DNA of 64,000 nt from Lytechinus pictus (lineage: Eukaryota), in assembly GCF_037042905.1 (NCBI RefSeq), contig NC_087246.1, positions 806,001 to 870,000 on the forward strand, given 5' to 3'. The position numbers and the translations under genes were made by a program. This document shows, piece by piece, positions 26,101 through 41,100 of this stretch. Each line of letters begins with the position of its first letter. Within the stretch, counting starts at the first letter, position 1. The notes beneath the pieces were generated by a model, which was not told the DNA's origin, ran no database searches, and saw only the letters and a list, made by a program, of their open reading frames with translations.

Positions 26101-29100
26101 GAGAATATAAGTGAAATAAGTACTAAAGCAATGAGGGAGTTGTACGTGTGTGACATCACAGATCTTGGTCGCATTGCCAATGGGAGGATCTACATGGCAT
26201 AGTGATCTCAATATTCAAATGCTCATAACTTTCTTATTATTCATTCAATCTTCCTCAAAATTTCAACAATATGTTTCTTTGATTTTTCTCTTTGATATGG
26301 ATTCAGCTGGTTTCAAGGGTTTCATTCTCCTTTAAAGATGTTTCCTAAAATACGGGGGGGTATTTTTAGTGTAAGAGTGAAGTGGATTACAATTCATACA
26401 TGTAAAATCATGTTTTACATGAAGCATCTTTAACTGAGGTAAAAGACTGACTTTGAAGTCAGCATTTAGCTCCTTTGCAACATGAATTATTGGAGAAGCC
26501 AGTCTCTTGCTTTTTATGCCCCTGCAGACAAAGTCTGGAGGGGGCATTAAGCGTTGCCCCTGTCCTTCCTTCCGCCCCCCACTTGTTTTCAGCGCAATAA
26601 CTCGAAAAATATTTAATGGATTTAAAAAAAAAATTGTGTTGGTAGATGACACCAAAATACAGGCTAACTTCAAATTCGGAGTCCGCAGGTCAAAGGTCAC
26701 AGCTCATAAATATGCCAGTTAAAAATATTTAATGGATTTTAAAAATATTTTAAAAAATACTGTCAGTCATCCAAGGATTAAGTTTTCTCTCACCTTGCTG
26801 TTTCTTCTTTTTTAGGGAAAATGTTTATTGTAAAAACCTGACATAACAATTCAAAATAGTTGTAAGCTTCATTTACATCAGTTATATCATAGAAATTGTA
26901 TCAGCTGAACAAACCAAGATCGTTCTTCTGTTATATTTCAATAAATCAATATTGAAATCACCCATGATATATATCATTTTGTTATCTTTCAATAGAGGTA
27001 AAATCATAGAGTCAAATGCTGCATTAAAGTTATTCAGATTTACACTGGGATGCTTATACACCACACCAATAACAATATTTTTACCTGCTGGCTGACTAAT
27101 TTCAATAAAAACAGACTCATAAAAAGCTCCATCACTTACAAGATCACGTCTCTCAAAATACAAATACGTGTTTTCTACATAAAGACCAACTCCACTGCCT
27201 ATTTTTCCACATCTATTGGAACATACAGAGTATAAACCTGGCATATTAGGCAACTTTTCAGCATTGTTTAGTTTCAGATAAATTAATAACATCAAATGTA
27301 AATTTAAGTAAGTCTAAGAAATCATACATTTGATCAAAATTCTTATTAATTCTCCTTGAATTGAAGTGTATAGAAGAAAGAAAGGTGCTGCTGACAAACG
27401 TATCAATATAATAGTAATTACATTGGGGTTTAGACAAATTTTGAAGAAAAAAATTTGCATCAGGATCAGGTCCCTCATTTCCAAAATGGGCATCACCAAT
27501 TGTGAAACCATCAAAGTGCAGGTTTTCTAGTCTATCCTGGCTAATACTAAATTGTTGCATATCACCTACAACAGATTGGAAACTTGGTTCATCAAGGTGA
27601 TTGAAAGGTAATATGTTAATAAAGCAAGAAATGCATGAAGAGTAACATCCTTTCCAGGCTACTGGATTAATATTGTTATTACATTAATAACAATAATAAT
27701 AATTTGTGTGGTTTTACCCATAAAATACAAAATCAAACAGATTTTTAGAAATCAATACATTGTGGGGAATTAGACGACGATTATGTATTAGATTTGAATA
27801 GTCAACTATTACTGTGTTCAAACTTGGCTCTTAGCAAAAATACAATGGGGGTTGCCATGGGTACTGATACACATAGAACATGAAAATACAAACAATACAA
27901 GTATATACCTGTACATTATTAAGTTTTTAATTTCCCGTGCTCGAAATAGGCAATTGTGTTACTAGTTCTATATATGGACTAGACTTATTAAACTACCAAG
28001 CTCATTGGTTTAACATAAAGTAAACATTAAGTTCAGAGCTTCAGAGTTAACCAGTTCTAAGCTAACCATGGCATTAATCGGCAGGCATGCATTATGCAGG
28101 TCCAGATTTGAAATTAAGTTCATGCCCTGGCCTAGGCTATAGCCTAGTCTAACATTTTGTCTTGTCATTAATGGCAATTTGATAAGTGTTTAAGAATTGG
28201 ATCTAGATATAGATCTAAGGCCTAGGCTATAGGGTAGGGCTACCGCCTACTGGCAATTTGAGGGAGCTGATTCATTCATGGCATATACGCGAACGGCTAC
28301 AATTTTGTAAAGACAAGTCCACGTGCATGCGTAGTCTTATTCCTGTCCACAACTGTGGTGGGAAAAATAATTTTGCACATGGGCAGTGATTTCATAACGG
28401 GACTTCGGGGAGGGGGGGAATAAAATGAAAAGCGCCAGCTTATGTCGCACCATAACCACAACGAAAGCTCTCACTCTAGCTCTTGCTCGACTGTGACAAA
28501 ATATTACCCAGTATGCTTGGCGTCTGTTTGAACTTTGCCAGGGAACTTCGCTACTTTGAATCGATGACTTAAGAATAAAGTCAAAATTAGTTTCATGAAG
28601 GTAGGTGCACTTGTTAATCAAACTTTTATGGACAATTCTTGATTAAGATCATCATAATCGCTTTCCATTTACCCGTGGCTCATACCCCTCTAAACGACAT
28701 TGCCCTAGGCGGCTACGCCCGGCCACCCGATGTGTTGTGAACTGGCAGACGTCTATGGTACATGTGTGGAAGGGGTTATGACGGGCTGCTAATTATCATT
28801 TTCTTAAGTCTTTCTCTAGCCTTGTCATCATAACAAACATCAAATATCATGTTAGCTATATAAAATAAACCAAAACTGATTTCCCCGTGAATAACCTTCG
28901 TTCAGGGGGAAATGGACTTAGTTTTTTTTTTCAGGCCGAGTCTGGCTCAGACCTATCACCGTGGATAAACTGCACCCCCGACTTTTACTTATAATTCGCC
29001 AAGAAAAGTTGCGGTTAATAGACTGTTACTTACGGGTAATGATTATATAATAACTCTGTAGTTATGGTAGCTATTTCTATGTAGGTCTGATGATCCAATC

Positions 29101-32100
29101 AAGATTCCTATGGTAGTTACTTAATAATGATAGCAGAAAATTAATTAAATAGGGCATAAAATTAGTGAAAAAATGAAACGTTTTTTTTCGAATTGACATT
29201 TTAACATCCAATTTTCAATGAAATTGAGTCTGCCTCTTAAAAGTTTTGTTCATCGTGCTGTAAGCACATTGCAAGTTAAATTAATTATAAAAACAAAAAT
29301 ATTCTGCTTTTATCAGCACATTGGAATAATGTCTCTAAAGTCTGATTTACCTGACCATGTATTTTTCTTGATCCTGCATTGTAAACAGTGCATATGACCT
29401 CTCCTGGGCTTTTCCTTCCTGCCTTCACTTTGCCTTCTTCCTGATATAACTTATAGGCCTATAACTGTCTTCAATGCAGAAATCATTGACCATTCACTGG
29501 GGCAGCAAATATATTATACAGCTATGGAAAATAAAACAAAAAATATGTTAAGTACTAATGAAAATGTTTAATGCTATTCATGTAAATGCCCTACATGTAA
29601 TGAATGCAGTCAAATGTGTTTTTTTATGTGGTGCCAGTTTGTGACTAGCATGTTATAATGTAAACAGTGTCCTCCAAGTTTTTGAAGGATTATCCTGTAG
29701 ACTCCTACTTCAAGCATGCTATTAATTAGTATTGATTCATGTACCATTTGATTAGACAGTTGAATAGAAAATATTGCTAAAGTTGATATACCCTAAATCT
29801 ACATTGTATTCATAGATTGTGATGACCAAAGTATATTTAATGGGGAAATTAGACTGTTTGGAGGAAATCAGCATGTCATCCTATGGCAGCAATGTACAAG
29901 TAGTCATAATAAATAATTATGAATATAGAGAAGCATTTGATATAGAACACAAAGTTTTTATTATATTTGGTGTGATCAGACTACATAATGAAAATGTTGC
30001 ATTATGGGAGCAGAATCTGCTCAGAGCTCAAGTTGATGCTTTTCATTATTGCTGTGGATTACAAGTATTCTTTACTTTTATTTTTCAGATCTCTAAATAT
30101 GGACCAAGAAGAGAAAGACAGATTACAGAAAGAAGAGAAGGATAACATATTAACGGGACAGCCCCCGGGCAATCCACAGCAAGCTGAAAATGGTAAGTGG
30201 ATTAGAGCCTTGCATTAGGGTAAGAAGAATTATAGATATCATTTCAACTCCAAGCTGATAAAATCTTGTTAGTTGTTTTTCTTGCAGCTTTTTTTTTCAA
30301 TAATTAATGATGATGTTTTCCAATATGACAATTGCTATGGTTATTCTACACTCTAAATCACTTACATGATTGTGGGTTGTTGAACTCTGAACTAAGATAC
30401 AAATCCTAAATTGTTTGTTTAAATCTAAGATTATTCGAATTCAAATCCTGAATTAAGCTGGTCGCTATTGACAGTCAATCTAGATGCATTTTAGATACAT
30501 TTAGGTCAGACTGTGACGGTACCAGTTTCTATATCCAGATTTGAAAATTTACAATGTACTTTAAATGGATTGGTTTCTTTTTAAACATTGTTTGTAATTT
30601 GTTTATTTTTCTTTGGGGGGGGGGAGATTTTATTAAAGCTTTATATTATTTCTAAATTAGTTGTCACATGCTTGATAGATACCTTTTTGAAAAAAAAACT
30701 TATGTGCTGGATTGACATTTGCTACACAAGGTGCTACTTTTGTAACTTCAAAGGCTATTATAAGTTTTCATTGGGATAAATTTTCTTGAAAAAGAGTGGT
30801 CAATTTCTATATACTACTAGAGTATTGGATGTGATACAGATTATGAGAAATTGTCATTATTAAAGTCGAAACAGAATTGTCAACCATAATCATTTTTGAT
30901 CAGGTTGTGAAACTAGAGAAAGGAAATCCAAACTGCTACTGTTATATTATCACAATTTTTCATCATAGTCAGTAGAAATTAATATGATAGGGAGTTCTAT
31001 TCTTTTTTATCTGGAAGATCACTTTTGTTGCGACAAAACACCATTTTGAAAATTTGGAATGATGGTGAAGGATACCAATAGCTGATTTCCTAATTTGATA
31101 AAAGTATTTTGTATTACTTGCCAGAGGAACCCAAATTTCTCTGTAATTATTTATTTGCAGGGACTAAATAAAGCATCTTGTATCATGTATAAAATCATAA
31201 CATAAAAAAGTTATTTGCTTTGGTATTTTAGTAATTATGTGCAAATGCTTTGGAAACCATGAGATTTCTGTATTGAAATCATTAGTATCATCGTCAAGAA
31301 CATTATTTTCATCGCCATAATTTTCTTCTTTGTCTTCATTGAAAGTTGGTCCAAAGTACTAAACACATATTGATTAGAAGCTGCGCAATTGTCAGAATAT
31401 TAATGATAATAGTGATGAAGCTCCTCTTTAGATTACAAGGTGGCTTTTATCAGTATGGTTATTGTGCAATACCTTAGGGTATCATTATACTGATTTTTAG
31501 AGAAGATGAGTCTTTATCAGAATGAAGTACTTTGCTCAAGCTTGCTTCAAGGTGGATTAGCTTCAGTTTGCATCGTGTCTCCATCAGAAACTAAGTCAGA
31601 CCAAAGTCTGAACTTTGAGATCAAGCCTGAAATTAGTACATATTCAAATGAGTGTGCTGCACATAAATGTGCAGCACAGAATTGGGGAGGGGTGAGTGAA
31701 ACAGTAGTTCATCCCCCCTCCCCAAATATATGTTCATCACTTGAATTTTTTGCCAGTGATTTTTACAGGATCAGTGTTTTGTCTGGTGAAAAAGTTCAGA
31801 AAAATGGCAGGCTATTCTTGTGAGGAAATTAAAAAATTTGTATATACGATGCAAAGCTTTGATTGACAAGTCACCAAGGACACATACCACCTTTGTTTGG
31901 GAATTTGAATTCAAATTACAGTGAGCGTGTAAAAGTTCCGATGATTCTAAAGATGAATTGAAATCATTATTACAATGATGATTCAAGATTCACGTGTGAA
32001 AAGGCCCATTCACTGATCAGGCTAATTCATTGCATCAGCAATAGCGATAGTGACTAAATAGCGAGCTAGGGCCTCATCTTCATTCTGCTGAAGATGATTA

Positions 32101-35100
32101 TCTTGTAAAACCCAAGAGTATCATTGTACTCATATTCACATAATGATCCAGAGGCAGTGCAATTGTAATTTTGTAATTTTTCAGTTTCTCGTATACAATT
32201 TAATCTCAAGGGAAATATCATGCCCTCATACATTATTTGCATCAGAGATTGGATACAATTCACATTATTTTGGTTTGTTACCTCGATGGTTTGTCATCAT
32301 TGATGTTGAGAATTTGATTACCTGTGATTAATTATGTATTAGATTGTCTTGATGTCAGTGGTATATTCAGGAGGGTAAGGGGATTTGCACCCTCTCCCTT
32401 CCAAAGAAAAAGTTTTGACATTTTTGTTTTTAGACAATAGAAAAGTATGTCAAATAGCCCTAAAAATTCAAACGATGCCATTATTTCTCTGTGCAGTTTT
32501 CTTGATTTCCCTCATGATAATAACATCCCTACATGTATGTATCTTGGTGATTATCATCTTCTTGTCTTGTGTATCTCTACATGTAGTTCATGTTACTCAA
32601 AACAGTTAATTAATTTTGTACATTTGATTAATTCTTGATGATATCCGTCATACGCAACGTAATCCTTGTCCAACTTTACCTTGATAAAGATATCTCATTG
32701 TGTATCATTTTATTTTCTCTCTCAGTTCACAGTATAGATGCAACTCAAGCGATGTTCCTGCCTATAGGGGCTTCTTTCTCTCTCCTTGTAATGTTCTTCT
32801 TCTTTGACTCAATGCAGATGGTCTTTGCAGTCTGTACGGCAGGTAGGTCAACTCTTGGGATGCTGCTTCTAGTTTCATAGAATCCCTAAACTTGCATCAC
32901 CTTCTGATTAAGGGGATATCTTACTGATGAGTGGGGAAGCTTGCAAACAAAGCAAATTTGGTATTTCCAAGCGTTTGTAAAGGTTACAAGAAAGTTTTTA
33001 TGAACAGTTTTTACTGTCAAAGGAAATTTCAGTTTAATTAAATTTGATTAATATTGATATTTTGTTCATTATTTAAAAAGTATTATATAAAGTTAAATGA
33101 AACTTGTGTGAGATTGTTATTTAATATCACAAATGATACTATACATGTATGAGTAACATGTTTCCGAGTGTATAAGTATGATTTTCATGGTTTCATAAGT
33201 TAACTGTCATATATCCATTCATTTCCTTATTCCTTAAAGTTGTTATGCAGAGGAACTGTCTGTCAATAAGTTGTTTGCACGTTTATGCACATGTTTTTAC
33301 ATATTACTTTAGATCTAATTTCAATATTTTTAGGGGAAGGCCATTTATTATTGGGGCTTACATGTATCTCTTTATTACAGCACTAATGGGGAAAATTTAA
33401 AAGGGCACCAAAAATTACCAAGGAATAAGAAGGGAATTGAGGCCAGTCTACATGGCTTCCACAAAATTGCCCTTTTTATAGACTTGAATAATAGAGGGAT
33501 AATGAAAAAGAGAAAATGTTTGATATTTCAATGTAACAACTCAAACACTCCTGCTATATTGAATTGCATAGTGCAGATGAGACCGTCAGGGGATTCCATT
33601 TGTTTTATTCATACTTGAAAAAAATTGTGATTTTTTTTTTTCAAAGTTTATTTCTGCATTTTCATAATTTTTTTTTTTTACAGCATTAGCATATCTATTG
33701 AGAACAAATGAAGAATATTTATGGATAACTAAGGTACAAAAAAATACAGGGTAGACCAGTGATCTGTAAAAACAATATGGTGAGATGAAAAGAAGTTAAT
33801 CAAAAACTTAGAATATTAACCCAATTTTTAGAAAGCAAAAAAAAAGGAAGGAGAAAAATGCACTACAAACAAAAGATGAATTAAATAAAACAAAGAAAAC
33901 ATTTGAAACAAACTAGAACAAGTGCTTTCTGTTATTTTTACAGTTATAGATCAAAATAAAAACACCTGAAGTAAGCACGATATCTATCTCCAGTCCAAAA
34001 ACCCAAACATCTAATAATCCTACTTTCAAGATACCTAATCATGAACCAAATCCATATAAATTTAGGTCCTTTTTTAGAGCACACTTCCCGCCTCATGCCA
34101 GGCTTTTGCAGATTGTGAAACAAAAAAAGAAATTAGGTTATGGTGGATGTCTGGTAAGTGGATACTTAACAAAGAGCCTATCTCAAGGCATGTGACACTT
34201 GCATAATATACCCAGTCCATCAACTTATCTCAGCTGTTCAAATCAAGCACCAGATTGAGTTTCACTCCATTTCCATGTTCCTCGTCTTGTGTGGTGTTCG
34301 CATTCTAACCTTCCTCTCACACATGTCACAGATGCGTGTCAAATACCTTGTTCACACGCCCTTCATTTAAGTTATATCTGAGGACAATTAAGCCCTACAT
34401 GAGTATTTCAATTGTTTATTAAATTAATTCTAGAGCACCATAGAAGTCTATCTGCACCCCAGATTTTAGATTTAAGTAAGATCCCCCTTCTCCATTCAGG
34501 ACTGATAGGTTTGAAACAAGTTCAATTAAAGCTCTTTAATCATAGATGCATCCTTGTAATACCGTACTTAAATGTAACTTTTAAGTTTAATAACTGACCC
34601 TATGGTTTATATCTGGGTGAATCTCACTTATCCAGCTTTAAGCAGAGATATGTCTCAAGTTTCCAGACATTCAGTATGTGACTGCCTTTTTGTGGTAAAC
34701 CCTTTCGGAACCCTCGCATGCCCCCTCGTAGACATACCTAACACCATTTGTTAAAGGTAAAGTGCCCCTCCCCCCCCCCCCCCACTCATTCCTATTTTCT
34801 GTACCTTGACATTGGTAGCCAGATTGTTAGGTGTGGTAAGAAATTAATTTACTATCCAGTATCAATAAATAAGTGTTTGGTACCACAAAATCATAAAATA
34901 GCCTTAAAATAGAAGCTTTTTGACATGTACTCATCTGAGTAAAATCGCATGAATGACCAGACCGTTCAAAATCTTAGATGTGGAAAGGAATTTAATGAAA
35001 TAACATGAATAATTTGAATATTCAGATAGTATTCCAATTAAGAAGTTCATCTGTCTGTAGAAAGCAATTGTCCATGTTCATGAATGTGTTTGAGTGAGAG

Positions 35101-38100
35101 ATGACCCAATTGAATTTGACACTTAATAGACTGTACTCTTTGTTGGTGTATTAGTACGAGGTGTCGGAACATAGTAGAGTTGCCATTTCATGAATGTTAG
35201 ATGATTCATCAGAGTCAGTTCACATGATGTTTTGTTCCTGCATCCTGCCACTCAAGTGATCCTCTTGATGTAATAGCTTTTTTGGTAAAGGTCAAGTGTC
35301 ATTGGGTTTATGCTGCTCACAACTTTGCCTTGTTGGTTATTTTCTTCCAATGGTGGTTAGCAATTTATGTGAGGGTTGTTATTAATGGTTATTTACTGGT
35401 GGATTTATAGAGAAAGGGGGGCATTGATTTCAGCATCAATATTGCCCTTCTAGCATGAAAGACAACATAGTGTTTTGTTTGAATCATATATGGTGAATAA
35501 TGTTTTACAATCTTCTCTAGATAGCACAGGTTTATTTGATTACATTTATATTCCTTTAAAGAGATTTGAGTCAAAAGGACTGACAAAAAAAATCAGATAT
35601 TTTCTTATTAATTAAGAAATTATGACGATTGCTTGCAAATAAAATGCAGTTGCTATGAAGCTTTTTTTTTTTAATATTGTTTATTTGCCGTTTGTATTTC
35701 TCTTTGTAACTCTATAGCTTTGTGTATGTCTTTGTTTGTTGCTACTTTCTGTCTTGTCTATGTCTCTCTCTCTCTCTTATGTTTTGCGTCTCATTTCTAT
35801 CTTATTTGGAAGCCAAGTGTAGACAGTACATGTAGTGCCTATCAAGCAAGCACGGCTGGATGATTACCGCCATGTTGCTTATCAAGTAACCCCTGGGGGA
35901 AAGCGTTCTTCCTCTCTCTCTCTCATATTAGATCGCTGTCGTGAGGTGCATACTACAGCACATCATCATCCAAAGAGATTGCTTGAACAGTATTGCACAT
36001 GGCAGATGGAGTTAGCTCCATTCCAGATCCACTTACATACATGTATATTTAGCCACTGCCATGCTGGGCATATTTGTTTGATGTTGCTCTAGAGTTCAAG
36101 GTTTTAAATCACTATCCTATGGATTATGGTTTTGATCCATGATAGGTACAGGAATTAATACAGATAGATGTAACAATTTAATTCATTTCTCAATTTAGAG
36201 CTTTGCTGTTTCAAGTTTAAATTAAGAATTGATATAGTTCAACCTTAATAACTTGTGTCTATATTCAAAGACATGCTCCCTTTCATGGTCTTGGTTTCAT
36301 CCCATTTTTCAGTGTATGATTTTAATTTTCATTGTAACATAGTTTTTAGCTTCACACCCTTCTTTTCAAGCTATTAATAGATAATGATTTCTGTAAAGAA
36401 TTAAGGTATACATGTGAGGTATGTCGATTACCTTATTGGCTATTGGGAATTTGGAACTGGCTGTTTATTTCTTGAAATTGTAGTCAAATCTTTATTGGTA
36501 GACATTGTCATGCATTAATTTGAACCATAATTTCATATCAATATAGGCATTTGAGGTATGGAGTTTGGTTTTAACCGCTTCTTCTTGTAGATTAATTCAT
36601 TTCACTCCAGAAAGTGCCTATTAACATTATACCATAGCATACTCTGGCACTGAATTGTTGCAGTAGTGGCGCCCTTGGTTGCACACACACTGGATAGCTC
36701 CCATGATATCGCCTAATTTACCTATAACATTTATTTTATTACTATTACATGTCATTTTGTTATAGTCACTGTTATTGTATATATTTTGTATTTTACCTTG
36801 TACAGAATTTCGCAATTCAGCCTTCGGCTGCGATGAAGTTTTCTTAATAAACCATTTCAATTACAATTACAATTACAATATTTAATCAATATTGCATGAG
36901 CATTTCATATTTGTATTGTTACTCAACGATGCATTTTAGCTTGAGGGTGTGAGGCAAAGCCAGAGTTTTACTGGGTGGATATTTTCAATGCTAACAGATG
37001 ACCTGGAATCTAAGTAGGTACTTCCCTTGTATACACCTAGAGGCTGAACCAATTACAAAATTGATGGTGGGGTCAACAACTCAAATAAAATATGAAAAGG
37101 GATGGTTACATTTGGGTTATTGCATTCATAACCTTTTACAGTTTATTGGCAGCTTCTTTGTTATTTATTTATTTTGTATTAAAAAACAAAAACAAAGTTA
37201 CTGATGTATATTCCGTCATTGTTAGCTTTTTAATTACCCATACTCAGACAAGCACTGAGGCTGCACTTTACTTTACATGTTTATTATTGGAAGATGTCTG
37301 CAACTACTCTATTAAAATGTGTTCCAGTAATCTGCAAAAACAAGTGAAAGTTTTGCATATGATCAATTTTCTTATGCGCGCAAGAATAATTATTATAGTG
37401 ACTGCACAATATATTGTAGTTCTTTTTATCATTATCAAAATAAAGAAGTTGGTATATTTCAGTGATATGTAGAAAGAATCAGCAAAGTTCATTAAAATCG
37501 AATGTTAAACTCCTTTATATAGAATATTAATATTGTATGAATAGAAAAATTCAGGGAAGAAAACAAGTGGGAGAAGAGAGATGATTAGGGACAAGGGATA
37601 ATTTTTAAGATGGAAGGTAAATAAGGTTGGAAAAGAAGAAATATTACTGAAGTATAGAGAAAGGAGGTAGATAAGCTGTATAGGTGTTTACATGCAGGGT
37701 AGGAAATCATATTTATTTTTAGGGGCTATTTTTTTTTTTTATTCGGGCAATTGCAGAATGGGTGGGGGTATTTCTTTCATTTTAAGGGCTTATTTTTTGA
37801 GGGGATAACAAGCCATTTTGCAGTAAAATTAAGTATAATTATTCTGCCATAGTTAGAGTGTTGATTTTCTATTAAAATAATCTTGAATATTGTTTGTGAC
37901 AGATCTTGGGGCTAAGTACTCTAGAAAGAATGGTTGCCCCAAAGCATGCACTTTGGAGGAATTTTAGGGTAATTTGGGCTGTCATGAGAATGAAATCGCC
38001 CCTCACCCTCATGTATTACCTATGCTATTTACATGTTTCTCTGGTACTGGTGGGGAGGACAGAAGGGGAGGAATAGGAGGTAAATGGATAATGAAAAAGG

Positions 38101-41100
38101 AGGTAAAACTTTATGTATAATCTAGGGTTAACATGATCTGTGTAAATAGCTGCATTGCTGACACATTCAACATTATAATGTGGTAATGGAATTTCAGTTT
38201 TACTAGGTTTGGATGAAGGCAAGGATGTATGTAACTTTCCAAGTCTAGCCCGTTATCATTTGGAGCATTACATGAAGGACACACCTAGCCGGAACTTAGG
38301 CACTTCCTTTTACCTCCCGACATCTTGTAATGGATGCTTGTCATTTAAAGCTTCCTATAAATCCAAAACTGTCATTATAATTTGTCATACTTATTCCATT
38401 TCATATAGCTTAAAGGTAAAAGACAGTATAGTTGCAGCAAAGAATTATATTGTCAGAAAGTCTTTTAAATCAAGGTTAATTGTCAAAATATTTGATTAAA
38501 ATAAAACAAATTAACATTCTATGGAGTTACAACCGTAAATCTAAGGGGGTGTAAAGATATTTTTAATTTATTTTTAATTCTACCTAATTTGCTTCAAACT
38601 TGCTTCCTGTTGGAGGTGAACAAAATTACTACTTGTTTAGAGCAAATCTGAAGTATAGCAATGTAAGCCAGGTTTAGATTAGAGGAGATGTGCTATGTTT
38701 GCACATGTTTTGAACTTCACATACAGTTTCAGTATATTTCACAGCACTGTGCATACAACTGCCCAAGTTAATGTATGGAGATAATACCTGTGTCCTGTAC
38801 TTTCATGGATAAAAGTGAAGAAGAGGTTTCCTGGTGAATATTTATTCATCTCCACATCTGATGTATCTGTATCATGTCTCTTGGGCGAGGAAACCCATTT
38901 GTAATTCCATATGCAGTGAACGGCTTGGTGGTTCCCAGGCGAAATACACAGCAAGGGAGATAGATGCCTTATACATCATACATGATTGCTACAAACTTGC
39001 CCCATTTACATCTAATGGAAATAACATCAGTTATGATGTCAAGGGGGATATTACATGTGGTCTCTCTGATCTGATTATTAATAATAATAATAATAATAGT
39101 GGTTATTTGTATAGCGCACAGGTCCACATTAAGGTGCTCATGGCGCTTAGGAAAAAAAAAAAAAAAAAAAGGAAAGAGAAAAAGAAAGAATAATAAAATA
39201 AAATATCTCCTGGACAAGGCAAATTAAATTATTAAATTAATCATTTCAGGGGAATAGATAGGTTTTTAGTTGGGATTTGAATGATTCTGTAGAAGACAAC
39301 TGTCGAATTCGTAGCGGGAGTTCGTTCCAGAGTTTTGGACCCATGACAGAGAAAGCCCTATCCCCCCATGTGTGTCTGGTTCTTGGTATCTGAAGCAACA
39401 ATGTATCTGATGAAGAACGAAGACTTCGTGTCGGGCAATATCGAGAAATTGAGTTGCACAGGTATAAGGGGGAAACAGAGTAGACAGAGTGATGAACTAG
39501 TAACAAAATTTTGAATATAATTCTTTTATCAACTGGTAGCCAATGGAGAGATCGGAGAATGGGAGTTATTGAATCAGACTTCTTTGTCAGTGTCAGTAGG
39601 CGTGCTGCAGAATTTTGTAGTCTTTGAAGTTTTATTATGTCCTTCTTAGGTAAATTGCAGAACAATGAGTTGGCAAAATCTAAACGGGAGGAAATTAAAG
39701 AGTGAATGAGGATTTCAGCCGCAGGTTTGGAAAGACACTTTCTTATGAAACTTAGATTTCGAAGTTGATACCTGACACTTTGTTGAACATATGTTAGATG
39801 ATGGCGAAAAGACATGTCCTGATCGAAAATAACTCCCAAATTACGAGCTCGATCTGATGGTGTAATGGAGGTGCTACCAATATTGAGACGACAAGATCGA
39901 TAGTTGATCTTACTTAACATCTTTCTTGAACCTAAAAGTAAAAACTCTGACTTGTCATCATTCAGTTTAAGACCATTCAAGGTGAGCCATGATTTTACAT
40001 CTTTTAGACATGCTTCAAGTTTTCCAATAGCCAATGATAGAGAAGATAAAGAGGGTTTAAATGATAGATAGATTTGTATGTCATCTGCATAACAGTGATA
40101 GTTGATATTGTGTTCTTTAAGTATTTGACTGATAGGTTGAATATACAAAGAGAAAAGCAGGGGGCCTCCAACTGAACCCTGTGGTACACCATATTGTAAA
40201 GAACTTTTGCAGGATGCAAAATTACCAATTCTGACATACTGGGACCGATCAGTGAGATATGACGTGAACCAGTCCAGAACAGTACCAGAGATACCTAAAG
40301 ATGTAAGTCTGTGTATTAATATAGCGTGATCTATTGTATCAAAAGCAGAGCTCATATCGAGCATGACAAGAGCAGTTATATTGTCACAATCTAATTCCCT
40401 GAATATGTTATCAGTTAAATTGACAAGTAAAGTTTCTACACTATGACCAGGCCTATAGGCAGATTGGCGTGGGTCAACCAATTCATGTTCCTGTAGATAT
40501 GAAGTCAGTTGCGAAAAAACAACCCTTTCAAGCAACTTACTCAAGAAAGATAAATTCGAAATTGGGCGATAATTTTTAAGGCATTCCTGATCTAAACTCA
40601 ACTTTTTCAATGTTGGATGGATGACAGCTGTTTTGAAAGTTTGTGGGACAACTCCTGAAATCAGGCTATCGTTTATAATGCTAGTAATAATGGGTACTAG
40701 GAATGAGCTACACTTCTTAAGCAGATCGGTAGGCACAGGATCAAGTTCACATGATTTGTTTCGTGAATTTTTGACAAGAGTTTCAATCTCGTGGAGAGTG
40801 ACTGGCTGAAATTCAGACCACATTGAATTAGGTTCACAAACATTATTCGACGGTTGCACAGTATCAATTTGAAAGTGTTGTCGAATTGTGATAATTTTGT
40901 CTACAAAATATTGGTTGAAACGATTAGCAAGTTGTAATTGATTACCATGGGTGAAATGTTGAGGCAAAGGAGATGGTTGTTTTCTATTAAGTAAATTATT
41001 AGCAACTTTATATAATTTCTTTGCATCTTTTTTGCAGTCCTCAACTTTCTTTGAATGATAGTTTGATTGAGCTTTCTTAATTAACGCATTTACGTGTTGC

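Noticed and set aside
29819..30145. 108-aa ORF overlapping an SPPL3 exon
   Set aside because: Different frame from the exon, mostly intronic, no recognisable similarity
35812..35885. Possible cassette exon after a long pyrimidine tract
   Set aside because: Weak GAAG acceptor and GTAACC donor; no SPPL3 similarity
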